Positions 8,301 through 16,422 of a stretch of 64,000 nt of DNA are shown in pieces. The number at the start of each line of letters is the position of its first letter. Position 1 is the first letter of the stretch. Below the pieces are notes generated by a model, which was not told the origin of the DNA, ran no database searches, and worked only from the letters and a program-made list of their open reading frames with translations. The stretch is from positions 1 through 64,000 of the forward strand of contig JAKSOL010000012.1 in NCBI GenBank assembly GCA_024405635.1, written 5' to 3'. The DNA comes from Salinivirgaceae bacterium (GTDB lineage: Bacteria; Bacteroidota; Bacteroidia; Bacteroidales; SZUA-534). Made by a program: the position numbers and the translations under genes.

Positions 8301-9157
8301 ACTTCGGCCGACACTTCGTCAACAGCAGGGCAGGTGTGCAGGTAGGTGAACTCGCGCACTTCCGACTGTCCGTTCTTGTTTATAACCGCCTTCCCGCTCG
8401 GGTCGAACACCGTTACGCGCCAGCAGTATTGCATGCCGGGCTCAAGGTTCATGGCGGCCGGTATGGCTGTGTAGGTGGTGGCGGCGGTGGTTGTCTCGAA
8501 GATTGGTGACATGCTTGCTGCCACAGTCTGTGCCGGAACTCCCTGCATGCGCATCTCCCACACCTGCAGTTTGTACTGCACAGCCTCCGTTCCGCCGGTG
8601 TGCTTGCTGGGCTGCCAGTTGAAGATGAGCGGCAGCGATGCGTTGTCGGGGGCCTCGGTGCCGTTGCGCGGTGTGGTTAGCTCGGGCGGGTCGTAGATGC
8701 TTATCCATGCGGTCTGCGAGCCGCGGTTCGAGAGCACGCGGTGGTTGTAGAAGTGGTGCACTTCGACGGTCAGCCGCCACATGCCGCCGGGCAGTTGTCC
8801 GGTTTGGCGGTACTGCTCCTTGCTGTAGCCGCGGAAGTCGAGATTGTCAAGACGCAGATACTGCGCCAAGTCGCTGCCGGTAAGTACCAGTGTCTCGCCT
8901 CCGCCCAAAAAGAGCGGTGTCACGGCGGAGGTCTTTATGCTCTCAATGGTTATGTCGTTGGACTCCAGCTTGAAGTGCAGCCGCACGGGCAGGTTGCTGG
9001 CCGTCAGGTCGTTGACGGTGATGGTTGTCATCAGCCGCGCCGAAGCGGGCGCAGTCAGCTCGCTAAGGTTGAGTGTGTAAGGTGTCAGCAGTGTCGGGGT
9101 AACCGTCACCGGATAGCGCTGTGCCGCAGCCGTCAGGCTCAGCAGAATAGCGGTCAA
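5285..9157 (-). CDS. Full-length secreted polymorphic toxin-like protein: TANFOR-like N-terminus, fibronectin type III-like repeats, HExxH zincin metallopeptidase, DESEGE junction, Zn-PLC/S1-P1-fold tip
   Basis: 1290 aa. Signal ends AAAQ-RYPVTVTPTLLTPY. FN3-like segments (LIFNWQP...YCWRVTV; VDFSWTP...WKVRVRGEC). AHELGHGAFGLHHTF...NLMDY (HELGH at 6671-6685). DESEGE at 6485-6502. The tip starts WTTDGHYY...AEEPD...KYLLHRFGDVFAH. Confidence 0.85.
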   Translation of the reverse strand: MTAILLSLTAAAQRYPVTVTPTLLTPYTLNLSELTAPASARLMTTITVNDLTASNLPVRLHFKLESNDITIESIKTSAVTPLFLGGGETLVLTGSDLAQYLRLDNLDFRGYSKEQYRQTGQLPGGMWRLTVEVHHFYNHRVLSNRGSQTAWISIYDPPELTTPRNGTEAPDNASLPLIFNWQPSKHTGGTEAVQYKLQVWEMRMQGVPAQTVAASMSPIFETTTAATTYTAIPAAMNLEPGMQYCWRVTVFDPSGKAVINKNGQSEVREFTYLHTCPAVDEVSAEVHNARVDFSWTPSPYHTHFQVELVGDNGVSELNDCYDSQFKLYDFPRGSTWKVRVRGECSGGLEADWSPWSDFEIDPPGTPPTPEECPNCGCDDTPKPRTITNYELKELHEGDTIENRTGRTRFIVLTAVPNGDGSYNGQFYLWLELWKTKVRCDYTDLKVNTDGVIFDGQWRSVRNDGLMVSPKAIAATITDIRNNTATVFYDNSIRDTLKLSYTVQTIYKDQNDNYIAVLQDGTEKNVTPLLANAGRTMVEDAEGNKMVVTSDHRLMSAEQYHNTGKNSTLIKNDNERKDKQIAAGEVVFSPSSLQTYGFDAYNETSNNYPEIYSALEGGYRPAYKSIAQWQTDKILADPMDGVTFRNNMGVPYAKANGEILLRGEPQPGETLVYAHVAETDSTTKVVGKLNLLTFEPREINVCFVPVNGATPPNAQTLEKELNKIFKPAVASVKLSTATPINIQYANGSGFVHGGSGLLSVYSEDEKNAIKTLQNADNDTYYLFVVDNVTRLNADGTPMKDILAGYMPIGRQHGFLFGVPAAKYVAHELGHGAFGLHHTFSSETESFSAPQYSTDNLMDYADGIALNHKQWTWMHEKHGSGLFGFLADESEGEWTTDGHYYLFTYLGMLMGMSYGEAEELGRYAEEPDTHVITEDDLKKGTVVMGNDVTLTIPEGSEVGNMLENTTWLIGGLQQRNHALTGGYHGVELAATAYAITKYPNSVAFQKYLLHRFGDVFAHFEISNDSKGFDDVPLQDYIDAVEKFVNDKFIFTKVGEQILLTNGTVKVLGENSYFQMSDGKCLTTYSNDAIINKVVGSILCAENADNVITTDFSQENLLKYLPEARQNTYKMYGDDVNGCMAFTLGHTSDGSEPDEIIRRSNLFMLYVKRATELLEKFGAKGNAGDAQATVQSVVDWGKSKNNITIRLDGIFALQIALLDEKPSFKIPIKNLPEEIFDTKAKGFYIYYKEKMHKSNFETDTQSQIFEMNIYMIDNNVKVTFEKNENYWICTLQK

Positions 9158-9190
9158 TATGGCTAAGAAACGATTTATTGCAGTTAGGAT

Positions 9191-9250
9191 TTACGAATTA
9201 TGAATTACGAATTACGATTTTTCGTTATCGTTAGTGTTTATCGTTTTCAG
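9191..9250. repeat. Short intergenic heptamer/hexamer tandem repeats
   Basis: ttacgaa-ttatgaa-ttacgaa-ttacgat (9191-9218), then degenerate ttNtcg units. Confidence 0.7.
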
Positions 9251-9265
9251 TTTGCGTTCATATCA

Positions 9266-10165
9266 TTACTCAATCACTTCATAATCTGGATTATCGGCAA
9301 ACCATTTACGCACCATGCGCAAGGCACCTTCGTAATCGTCAGTCTCAATCATTCCAGTCTCCGAAGCCGCATACGGAAATCCTTTGACAACGGGTGCCAG
9401 CAGTTCCATTATGCGATAGCCACAGAGTATTTTCGTATCAACCGTAGGATTGGCAGAAGCGCACTTGCAGCCATCATCTTGCAGAATTTTCACGCAGACA
9501 TCAATGGCTTGTTTTTGCCGTGTGTAGATAAGTTCTGGAATAATCAAGCGCATCAGGTCTTCAACGTATTCGTATGGAATCGATGCCGCCCGGCGAGTCA
9601 CAAAGTCAATGTCGCGCTGCTCGCCTAATCGTGCCATGGCCAAATGCATCGCCCACCGCGTTTCCACATCCGACTCTTTGTCAATCATTTGCCGGCTGAG
9701 AATCTGTTCGTAACCAACGCCCAACTGAGCAGCCATTTTAGCCACTTGTTCGTAGTAGATAGCATTCCGTTTGTTGAGACGCTCTTCGATAAGCCGCTGT
9801 GCAGCAGTGTCAACATCGGTTTTGCCAAAATACCGCAATCGGCTGATATTGTTCGACACTATGCGTGAGCTACCGTTATTGAGCCCGCCAGCCAGAAAAC
9901 GTACAGCAGCCTGACGTCCTGCAGCATTGCCAGAATTCCGACCAGCAAGTGCCACAATGTTGTAGGCTTCGTCGGCTACATCGGTCACAGAATCATGCGC
10001 ATAAGTGTTCAATAGTTCGGTCAACGCCACCACATCCGTTGTTTTCCACAGATGTTCAGGTGTTTCCCGCGTCTTGCTGTTTACTCTTATATCATCAAGA
10101 TATTCAATAACTTGTGCCGGCGCCATCAGCGGTGTCAGCATCAGAAACAGAAAAAAGAATCTCAT
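9266..10165 (-). CDS. Exported alpha-helical (HEAT/ARM-like) hypothetical protein upstream of the toxin gene
   Basis: True start is likely the ATG at 10165 (MRFFFLFLMLTPLMAPAQ signal peptide), giving 299 aa. The ORF-track extension to 10390 lies inside the IS. Confidence 0.8.
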   Translation of the reverse strand: MRFFFLFLMLTPLMAPAQVIEYLDDIRVNSKTRETPEHLWKTTDVVALTELLNTYAHDSVTDVADEAYNIVALAGRNSGNAAGRQAAVRFLAGGLNNGSSRIVSNNISRLRYFGKTDVDTAAQRLIEERLNKRNAIYYEQVAKMAAQLGVGYEQILSRQMIDKESDVETRWAMHLAMARLGEQRDIDFVTRRAASIPYEYVEDLMRLIIPELIYTRQKQAIDVCVKILQDDGCKCASANPTVDTKILCGYRIMELLAPVVKGFPYAASETGMIETDDYEGALRMVRKWFADNPDYEVIE

Positions 10166-10223
10166 ATATGTTTGTGTTTCAAACCGCCACAAGTTAGCAT
10201 AAAAGATGATATGATTTGTTAGG

Positions 10224-11563
10224 TGTGCCCTTCTCCAAAAACCGGACAGGTTTGAATTAGACAAAAGAACGATAATTTTGTCAAAAGGAGGAAGAAAATG
10301 AAAAAGAAGATTCACAGCGAGTCGGAGATGGTGAGAGCCGTCCAGGAATTGGAAAGAGGCATAAATGCCGAAGTAGTGGCAAGGGACCACGGAGCGTCAC
10401 GATCCTCCCTCTACAATTGGAAATCGAAGTACAGCGGAATGGAAGTCAGCCAAGTAAAGCGACTGAAAGAACTTGAAGAGGAAAACCTGAAACTGTAGCA
10501 GATGTATGCCGACCTTGCCCTCGACAACCAGATTCTGAAGGAGGTCATCGAAAAAAAAACTCTAGAGCCCGAGATAAAGAAAAACCTAGCCAACGGTATC
10601 GTAGAAGAATATGGAGTGAGCATCTCTCGGGCGTGCAAGATGATGGACATCCACAGATCTTACTTCTACTACGAAAGCGTAAAGGACGACGCAGAAGTTG
10701 AAGAATCCATTAGAGAAGCCGCCAAATATGGAGATGGCTTTTGGAAGATCTTTGAGATAATCAGACGTGACGGTTACGCTTGGAATCACAAAAAGGTGTA
10801 TCGCGTATATAAGGCAATGCACTATGAAAAGCGCAAGCGTCTCAGAAAACATCTGCCAGCTAGGGTTAAGAACCTACTTGAACAACCGCTGAAACCCTTC
10901 GTGGCATGGTCTATAGACTTTGTGAGCGATGTTCTTGAATGCGGTCGCAAGTTCCGAGTTCTTGACATCCTTGATGATAGCGATAGAGTTGCGGTAGCAC
11001 AGGAAGTATCAATGTCGTTCCCAGCAAAAAGGGTTATCAAAGTGCTTGAGAAGGTGATATGGCTCAATGGCAAGCCAAAGAATATGTGATGCGACAATGG
11101 CCCTGAATTCATTGCCGGGGAATTCAGCGAATGGTGTGCAGGCAACGACATACGCATATTATACATTCAGCCAGGTTGCCCAACGCAGAATAGCTACATT
11201 GAGCGATTCAACGGTAGCTATCGGAGGGCTATACTTGACGCATACATTTTTCGCACGCTTGGCGAGGTGCGAGAGAAAACTGAGGAGTGGATGTCATATT
11301 ACAACAACGAAAGACCCCATGAATCAATAGGTAACATACCGCCAATGGAACAAAGGACAAATAAGTGGGAATATGAAGATTGATATTCTGACATGCAAAG
11401 AAAGATGCGCCTACGGGTTGCGCAAGGCCATGCCAAGTGCCCTGCGGGCAGCCTTGCACAACTCTCCGGCTTTGCTAGTTTATGCATATCAGAAATCAAT
11501 CCAGAGAAAATAATTAATATTTGTTGTCTAATTAATAACTGTCCTAAAAAAGGGAAGTTTACA
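10224..11563 (+). mobile_element. IS3-family insertion sequence (degenerate)
   Basis: TG...CA ends with imperfect IRs (left tgtgcccttctccaaaaaccggacaggtttgaattagacaa; right reverse-complement tgtaaacttcccttttttaggacagttattaattagacaa). OrfA is HTH-like; OrfB has DDE motifs WSIDF, CDNGPEF, NSYIERFN, YNNERPHESIG. Confidence 0.9.
10298..11383 (+). pseudogene. IS3-family transposase orfAB, interrupted by two nonsense codons
   Basis: TAG at 10496-10498 within orfA and TGA at 11087-11089 just before CDNGPEF. The same frame continues to TGA at 11381-11383. Confidence 0.85.
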
Positions 11564-11699
11564 ACAAATGGTAGATTTGCCGTTTGTGAGTTTTTTTTGT
11601 TTACACTTCGTATTGTTAGCCTGATAATTCTTGTGGGTTGGGTTTATAGTTTAAAATAAGCAATCAAATGCTAATCATAAGACCGTTATCCTTAGTTTA

Positions 11700-13328
11700 T
11701 TAAAAATCGTAGTAGATGTTTTGTAATGATGTGCGTAAACCAAAGGTTATTAGATTTTGATTATTAGATTTTGCATTAACCTTTTCAGCACGGTAGGTGT
11801 ATCCCACAAACGCATTCATATTTACTCTTGGATTAATTAAAAACGAAGCTTGTGCGTTAAAGTTGGTTAACGTAACTTTTTGACCTTGAGATATTTTGCA
11901 GTGATATTCGGAGGCATGCGTTTCGTATGGTAAGTAAATATTGTTGCCAAAGTTAAGTCCAGCGGTGTCGCGACCATGAATAGCGTGGGTTAGTTTTGCC
12001 TCTACAAACAATCGTTTATAGTTGTATCGGCCTATGGCAACTAACTCTTTAAAGTTGCTACCTAATGGGTGAGCTAATGGTTGTTGGTAATGCGCGTAAT
12101 TTTGTATCGTAATGGTGTGCGAAAAAATGTAAGGTCGCGCAATATTGTATTCAAGTTGAATGTCGAGGTGCTTAAGCCCAAATAAATCGAACGTTTTGTA
12201 GCCCATTTGCATGGCCCATTTGTTGCCCCACCAACCCCAAGTTCCACTTGTGTCGCTGCTGTTAAATGCGTGTTTTATGTCGCGACCAAGTTCCTTAACC
12301 TTGCACTCGTCAATTATGGCTTGTCCGTACAAAATATGGTTTTTGCCTAAAGTTATTTTTCCGCTAATGCCCATAAGTGCATTGTCGCTTGACCCTACAG
12401 AAAACTCAACTGGGCGAGTAAAAATTACAGGGTTAGCATAGTTTATATCAAAGCCGCGGTGGCTAACACTATCGGCGTTTGCCCAAATTATAGACTCAAA
12501 CAACCCAATGTTGAGCCAATCGGTTACATTGATGCTTAAATAGTTGAACGAGCCCCATTTTTTATCGTGCGGATGACCATAGAAGTAGTGATTGGTAAGG
12601 TCTTGAAACTGAGCCCAAATGTTAACATATTTTATGCGCCAGTAGTCGGTTGTGATGCGCAAAAATGGGTAGTTGAAGGCGCAGTCGCTCAAAAGCATCG
12701 ACCTATAACCATCGCCAATAAAGTTTTTACCGTGTCCCAATGTGATGTCGAAATGCTCGTTTGGTTGAAATGTTAGATACGCATCGCTTCGTGCATAGTC
12801 GTAGGCGTTAGGTTTGTCCTTAAAACTTTTTGGTTGGCCTTGTCCCGGAATAACTCTACATGCCGAAACTACATTGTATCGATAGTCGAAAAACTGAGCT
12901 TGATTTTCGTAAAACGATGTACTGAAGGCTATTTTGTCGCCTAACCTTGCATTAATAATTATGCCGCGTGTGTTAATCCAACTTTTGTCGTCGGCTTTGG
13001 AGTCAAAACCCAACTGAAAATCAAATAATGGGTCGATGCTGAAACTCAATTTGTCGTCGCTAGTGAAACTAATCCAACTATTGTTAAGCAGTATGTTTGC
13101 AAATTTGCTTTTAACGTTAATGCGGTAAATTGAATCGGCATCAACCAAAGGAGTTACTTGTCGCAATTGTATTGGCTTAACGCTTGTGTGAAAATGTGCA
13201 TCTTTTTGGTATATGTATCGGTCAAAGTGATTGAATTGGTGATCTTGATACATTGATATAAACTCTTGGCTTTGAGCCGAAAAGCTGACAAGTAAAAGTA
13301 TAAGAGCAATTGATGTTTTCAGTTTCAT
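11700..13328 (-). CDS. Outer-membrane beta-barrel protein (Wzi capsule-assembly / RemB-like family)
   Basis: 542 aa with signal peptide and C-terminal YYDF. Motifs GHGKNFIGDGYRSMLLSD, GLFESIIW, QPLAHPLGSNF. Confidence 0.7.
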   Translation of the reverse strand: MKLKTSIALILLLVSFSAQSQEFISMYQDHQFNHFDRYIYQKDAHFHTSVKPIQLRQVTPLVDADSIYRINVKSKFANILLNNSWISFTSDDKLSFSIDPLFDFQLGFDSKADDKSWINTRGIIINARLGDKIAFSTSFYENQAQFFDYRYNVVSACRVIPGQGQPKSFKDKPNAYDYARSDAYLTFQPNEHFDITLGHGKNFIGDGYRSMLLSDCAFNYPFLRITTDYWRIKYVNIWAQFQDLTNHYFYGHPHDKKWGSFNYLSINVTDWLNIGLFESIIWANADSVSHRGFDINYANPVIFTRPVEFSVGSSDNALMGISGKITLGKNHILYGQAIIDECKVKELGRDIKHAFNSSDTSGTWGWWGNKWAMQMGYKTFDLFGLKHLDIQLEYNIARPYIFSHTITIQNYAHYQQPLAHPLGSNFKELVAIGRYNYKRLFVEAKLTHAIHGRDTAGLNFGNNIYLPYETHASEYHCKISQGQKVTLTNFNAQASFLINPRVNMNAFVGYTYRAEKVNAKSNNQNLITFGLRTSLQNIYYDF

Positions 13329-13630
13329 AAACTTTTTGTTTGCGTCAAAAGTACCAATATTAAAAGTTGAATGATGCGCATTTTCATAAAAGGCTGTAAA
13401 TAAAGGACAAACGACAATTCTTGTTGTTGAGTGTTCTGTTTATACTTATTGCGCTATGTGTTTGACTATCGGTAATCTCAAATTGTATAAAGCTGCGTAC
13501 TTTTTGGCAATATAACACTCCCCATATGCACATATAACACTGCTAAAATTCGATTTCGGTTTTGAAATAAAGGAAAATTTATTTGTAACACTTTGATTAT
13601 AAGGCAGAAATGATTTTTATAAAAATATTA

Positions 13631-13661
13631 TTTGGTGTTTATACTTTCCTTTATACATTTG
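13631..13661 (+). promoter_or_regulatory. Bacteroidetes sigmaA promoter (-33 TTTG / -7 TAnnTTTG) of the ABC-GntR operon
   Basis: TTTG at 13631-13634, a 19-bp spacer, then TACATTTG at 13654-13661. Confidence 0.7.
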
Positions 13662-13662
13662 C

Positions 13663-13686
13663 AGTATTATATATAACTATAACACT
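13663..13686. promoter_or_regulatory. Putative YtrA/GntR operator
   Basis: Inverted repeat agtattat-N8-ataacact (1 mismatch) immediately downstream of the -7 box of an operon that ends in a YtrA-type GntR gene. Confidence 0.55.
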
Positions 13687-13719
13687 ATAAAACGGGACCG
13701 AAAAAAATTATTATTTATT

Positions 13720-14487
13720 ATGAAACTACAGAATTTACAATTTGGTTACAGAAAACACGAGGTGTTCAGCAACCTAACAATCAACTTTGAGGCAGGCAAA
13801 ATATATGGCTTGCTAGGTAAAAATGGCGAAGGCAAATCAACTATGTTATATCTAATGACTGGTTTGCTAAGAGCCAAAAGCGGAAGCGTTACATTTAAAG
13901 GTAAAGACATGAGCCAAAGGTTGCCATCGGCATTGGAGGATATGTTTCTTGTGCCTGAGGAATTTGAACTTCCACAATGCAGCCTAAAGGAGTTTGTTAA
14001 ATCGAATGCGGGTTACTATCCAAACTTCAGTCAAGAGATTTTTGAAAAGTGCCTACAAGGTTTCGAACTCGACATAAACCTCAATCTCAAAAAACTTTCG
14101 ATGGGCACAAAAAAGAAAGTTTACGTCTGCTTTGCCCTTGCCACCAATACATCGCTTTTACTTATGGACGAACCAACCAACGGCCTTGATATTCCTTCAA
14201 AGAGTCAATTCCGCCAGGTTATTGCATCGTGCATGACCGACGACAAAACCATTATCATCTCGACCCACCAAGTGCGCGACGTTGAGAACCTTATCGACCA
14301 AATAATGGTGCTAAACAAAAAGGAAATTGTATTTAACCATAGCACCGCCGAGATAAACCAAAAACTTGCATTCAAGAATGGTCAGATAAGCAAAGTAGCG
14401 GCAGAGTCGGACGAAACGACTATCGACATTGAGGCATTATTCACTGCTATTGTAAACGGTGACGAATTAGTTAAAACAGCTTTTTAA
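13720..14487 (+). CDS. ABC transporter ATP-binding protein (YtrB-like)
   Basis: Walker A GKNGEGKST, signature LSMG, Walker B LLLMDEP, STH switch. Confidence 0.95.
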   Translation: MKLQNLQFGYRKHEVFSNLTINFEAGKIYGLLGKNGEGKSTMLYLMTGLLRAKSGSVTFKGKDMSQRLPSALEDMFLVPEEFELPQCSLKEFVKSNAGYYPNFSQEIFEKCLQGFELDINLNLKKLSMGTKKKVYVCFALATNTSLLLMDEPTNGLDIPSKSQFRQVIASCMTDDKTIIISTHQVRDVENLIDQIMVLNKKEIVFNHSTAEINQKLAFKNGQISKVAAESDETTIDIEALFTAIVNGDELVKTAF

Positions 14488-14499
14488 TTGGTAAATACT

Positions 14500-15345
14500 A
14501 TGAATTGGAAAAAACTTGGATTGTCAATCTATAGAGACTTCCTACAATATCGACAATTGATACTGCTGTCGTTAGCATTTGCCATTGTGGGAGTGATAGT
14601 TACGCTGGCCGATAATTATTCGCCGTTTATGGAAAATGGTTCAGCCGCAGGCGTGTCATTCGGATTGTTAATGGGCGTTGCTTTTATGCTTGTTTCTCAG
14701 TTCTTTACAATATTTAAAGACAAGAAATCTACTATACCTTTTATGATGGTTCCTGCATCGAACTTGGTGAAATTTATGTCAAAGGTTATAGTGCTCGCCA
14801 TTGCTCCTGTAATGCTAATATGTATTGCAAAAGCTGTAGAAACTCCTGTGGTTGGTTCTGTCTTTGTTGGGCAAATTGGCGTTGAAAAAACTGCTGAAAA
14901 CATGGAGCTATTTCATCCCGAAGAGATAGAATGCACCAACTTCTTTACCAGCGAAACACGCAGCTACCAAAACGATTCGGTTATTGTTATGCGTTACGGG
15001 CGATTTAACAACGTGGTGGTAAACAAGTATCACAACGACTGGATTCAAGTTGGGATAAACTCCACTGCGTTTGGCGACATAATGTTCTTCATCGGGATTA
15101 TAGGAATAATGATATTCTCGCAGGTTTGTTTTAACGAGAACAAGTGCAAATCGATAGCCTCATTTTTCCTTGGAGTTATATTGGTGTGGGGAATAGTAAA
15201 GGGAATAACCAAAGTATTCTACCATAGCATGAGCGTATCGGTAACCGAAAACTTTATCCTTTTAGCAAGTGTGGCAATGGGACTCATAGGACTTTTCTTC
15301 CTATGGCGTGCATATAAGATATTCGACAACAAACAAATAAACTAA
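14500..15345 (+). CDS. ABC-2-type permease-like membrane protein
   Basis: Multi-TM with MVPASNLVKF motif; follows the ATPase. Confidence 0.75.
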   Translation: MNWKKLGLSIYRDFLQYRQLILLSLAFAIVGVIVTLADNYSPFMENGSAAGVSFGLLMGVAFMLVSQFFTIFKDKKSTIPFMMVPASNLVKFMSKVIVLAIAPVMLICIAKAVETPVVGSVFVGQIGVEKTAENMELFHPEEIECTNFFTSETRSYQNDSVIVMRYGRFNNVVVNKYHNDWIQVGINSTAFGDIMFFIGIIGIMIFSQVCFNENKCKSIASFFLGVILVWGIVKGITKVFYHSMSVSVTENFILLASVAMGLIGLFFLWRAYKIFDNKQIN

Positions 15346-15351
15346 ACAACT

Positions 15352-15954
15352 ATGAGAAGCGATATATTTAACTTTAAAAGATACTGGGATTATCAGAAAC
15401 GTGTAATTACAGAGTATCCATTAACATGGGTAGCATTGGCATTGGGAATTGTAAGTCTGATAGTTGCAACGTTTGTAAAATCTTATGCAGTAGGAAATTT
15501 CATGGTTTCATTTTTTGTCTCTTGCTTAATGATTTTGGGAATGTTTTGGAAACTATGCAAGAAAAACGAATGCCTCATTGAGATGCTGATACCTGCTTCG
15601 ATGTTTGAAAAATATTTGAGCAGAATGGTGTATTACTCATTTTTACCATGTCTGATTTGGGGTGCAAGTATTATGCTAACAAATGAGGGATTAATTGATT
15701 CTCACGAGCCAATTTTGTTTGTGGCAATAATGTGTTCGAGCGTACTTATTAATGTTGTAACAAAATTCTGGGGTTACTTTTTGTATTGCATGGTGGGTTC
15801 TTTTTCAAAATGGACGGCACCTTATGCAGAAAGCATTCCAAGCAATGGAGTAGAAATGTGGATAACAATGGCGGTGATGATTTTTTTCACTTACGTAGTC
15901 GGCTACTTCCTATTCAAAAGGCAGTCGTTAACTTTAAAAGATTTGAGAAAATGA
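15352..15954 (+). CDS. ABC-2-type permease-like membrane protein
   Basis: Multi-TM with MLIPASMFEKYLS motif. Confidence 0.75.
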   Translation: MRSDIFNFKRYWDYQKRVITEYPLTWVALALGIVSLIVATFVKSYAVGNFMVSFFVSCLMILGMFWKLCKKNECLIEMLIPASMFEKYLSRMVYYSFLPCLIWGASIMLTNEGLIDSHEPILFVAIMCSSVLINVVTKFWGYFLYCMVGSFSKWTAPYAESIPSNGVEMWITMAVMIFFTYVVGYFLFKRQSLTLKDLRK

Positions 15955-16310
15955 CATTCAGCAACGACAAACCAATATACCTGCAGATAGTTGACATAAT
16001 CTGCACGCGAATACTCTCGGGCGAGTACAAGCCCAACGAGCGCATTCCGGCGCTTAGGGAGTTTAGCGCGCAACTGGAGGTGAATATCAACACGGTGATT
16101 CGTTCGCTTGAATATCTGCAGCAAAACGAAATAATATACAACAAACGTGGATTAGGATTCTTTGTTTCCGACCATGCTTTGGATTCTATAAAGGCCGTTC
16201 GCCGCAAAACCTTCCTTGAAGAAACCATTCCCAATGTGATAAAAGAGATGCAAGTGCTCGGCATCACTTGGGACGAGGTGATGGCAATATCGGCCGATGA
16301 CGAAAAATAA
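15951..16310 (+). CDS. GntR-family (YtrA subfamily) transcriptional regulator
   Basis: MTFSNDKPIYLQI...RIPALREFSAQLEVNINTV...KRGLGFFV. ATG at 15951 overlaps the upstream stop. Confidence 0.95.
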   Translation: MTFSNDKPIYLQIVDIICTRILSGEYKPNERIPALREFSAQLEVNINTVIRSLEYLQQNEIIYNKRGLGFFVSDHALDSIKAVRRKTFLEETIPNVIKEMQVLGITWDEVMAISADDEK

Positions 16311-16321
16311 ACATGATAATA

Positions 16322-16356
16322 AATAGGGCTACTCCTTAATTTGGGGTAGCCCTATT
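16322..16356. terminator. Hairpin terminator between convergent operons
   Basis: aatagggctactcc...ggggtagccctatt. Confidence 0.7.
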
Positions 16357-16422
16357 AGTTTGAGGTGAATAGAAAATCCTCTTTTAATCAATAGTCAAAC
16401 CGAAAAAAATATGGCATTCTAT

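Noticed and set aside
7900-9166. Numerous overlapping ORFs on both strands within the GC-rich toxin N-terminus
   Set aside because: Shadow ORFs caused by high GC; the 1290-aa frame explains the region.
10166-10390. N-terminal extension of the 374-aa ORF 9266..10390
   Set aside because: It runs through the IS left end; the signal peptide begins at the ATG at 10165.
10496-11089. In-frame TAG and TGA in the transposase as evidence of stop-codon recoding
   Set aside because: Housekeeping genes in the window end normally at TAG and TGA; these are single-base nonsense changes (AAG to TAG, CGA to TGA) in a decaying IS.
15786-15950. Longer 174-aa version of the GntR ORF
   Set aside because: The extension overlaps the upstream permease; the GntR domain starts at the ATG at 15951.
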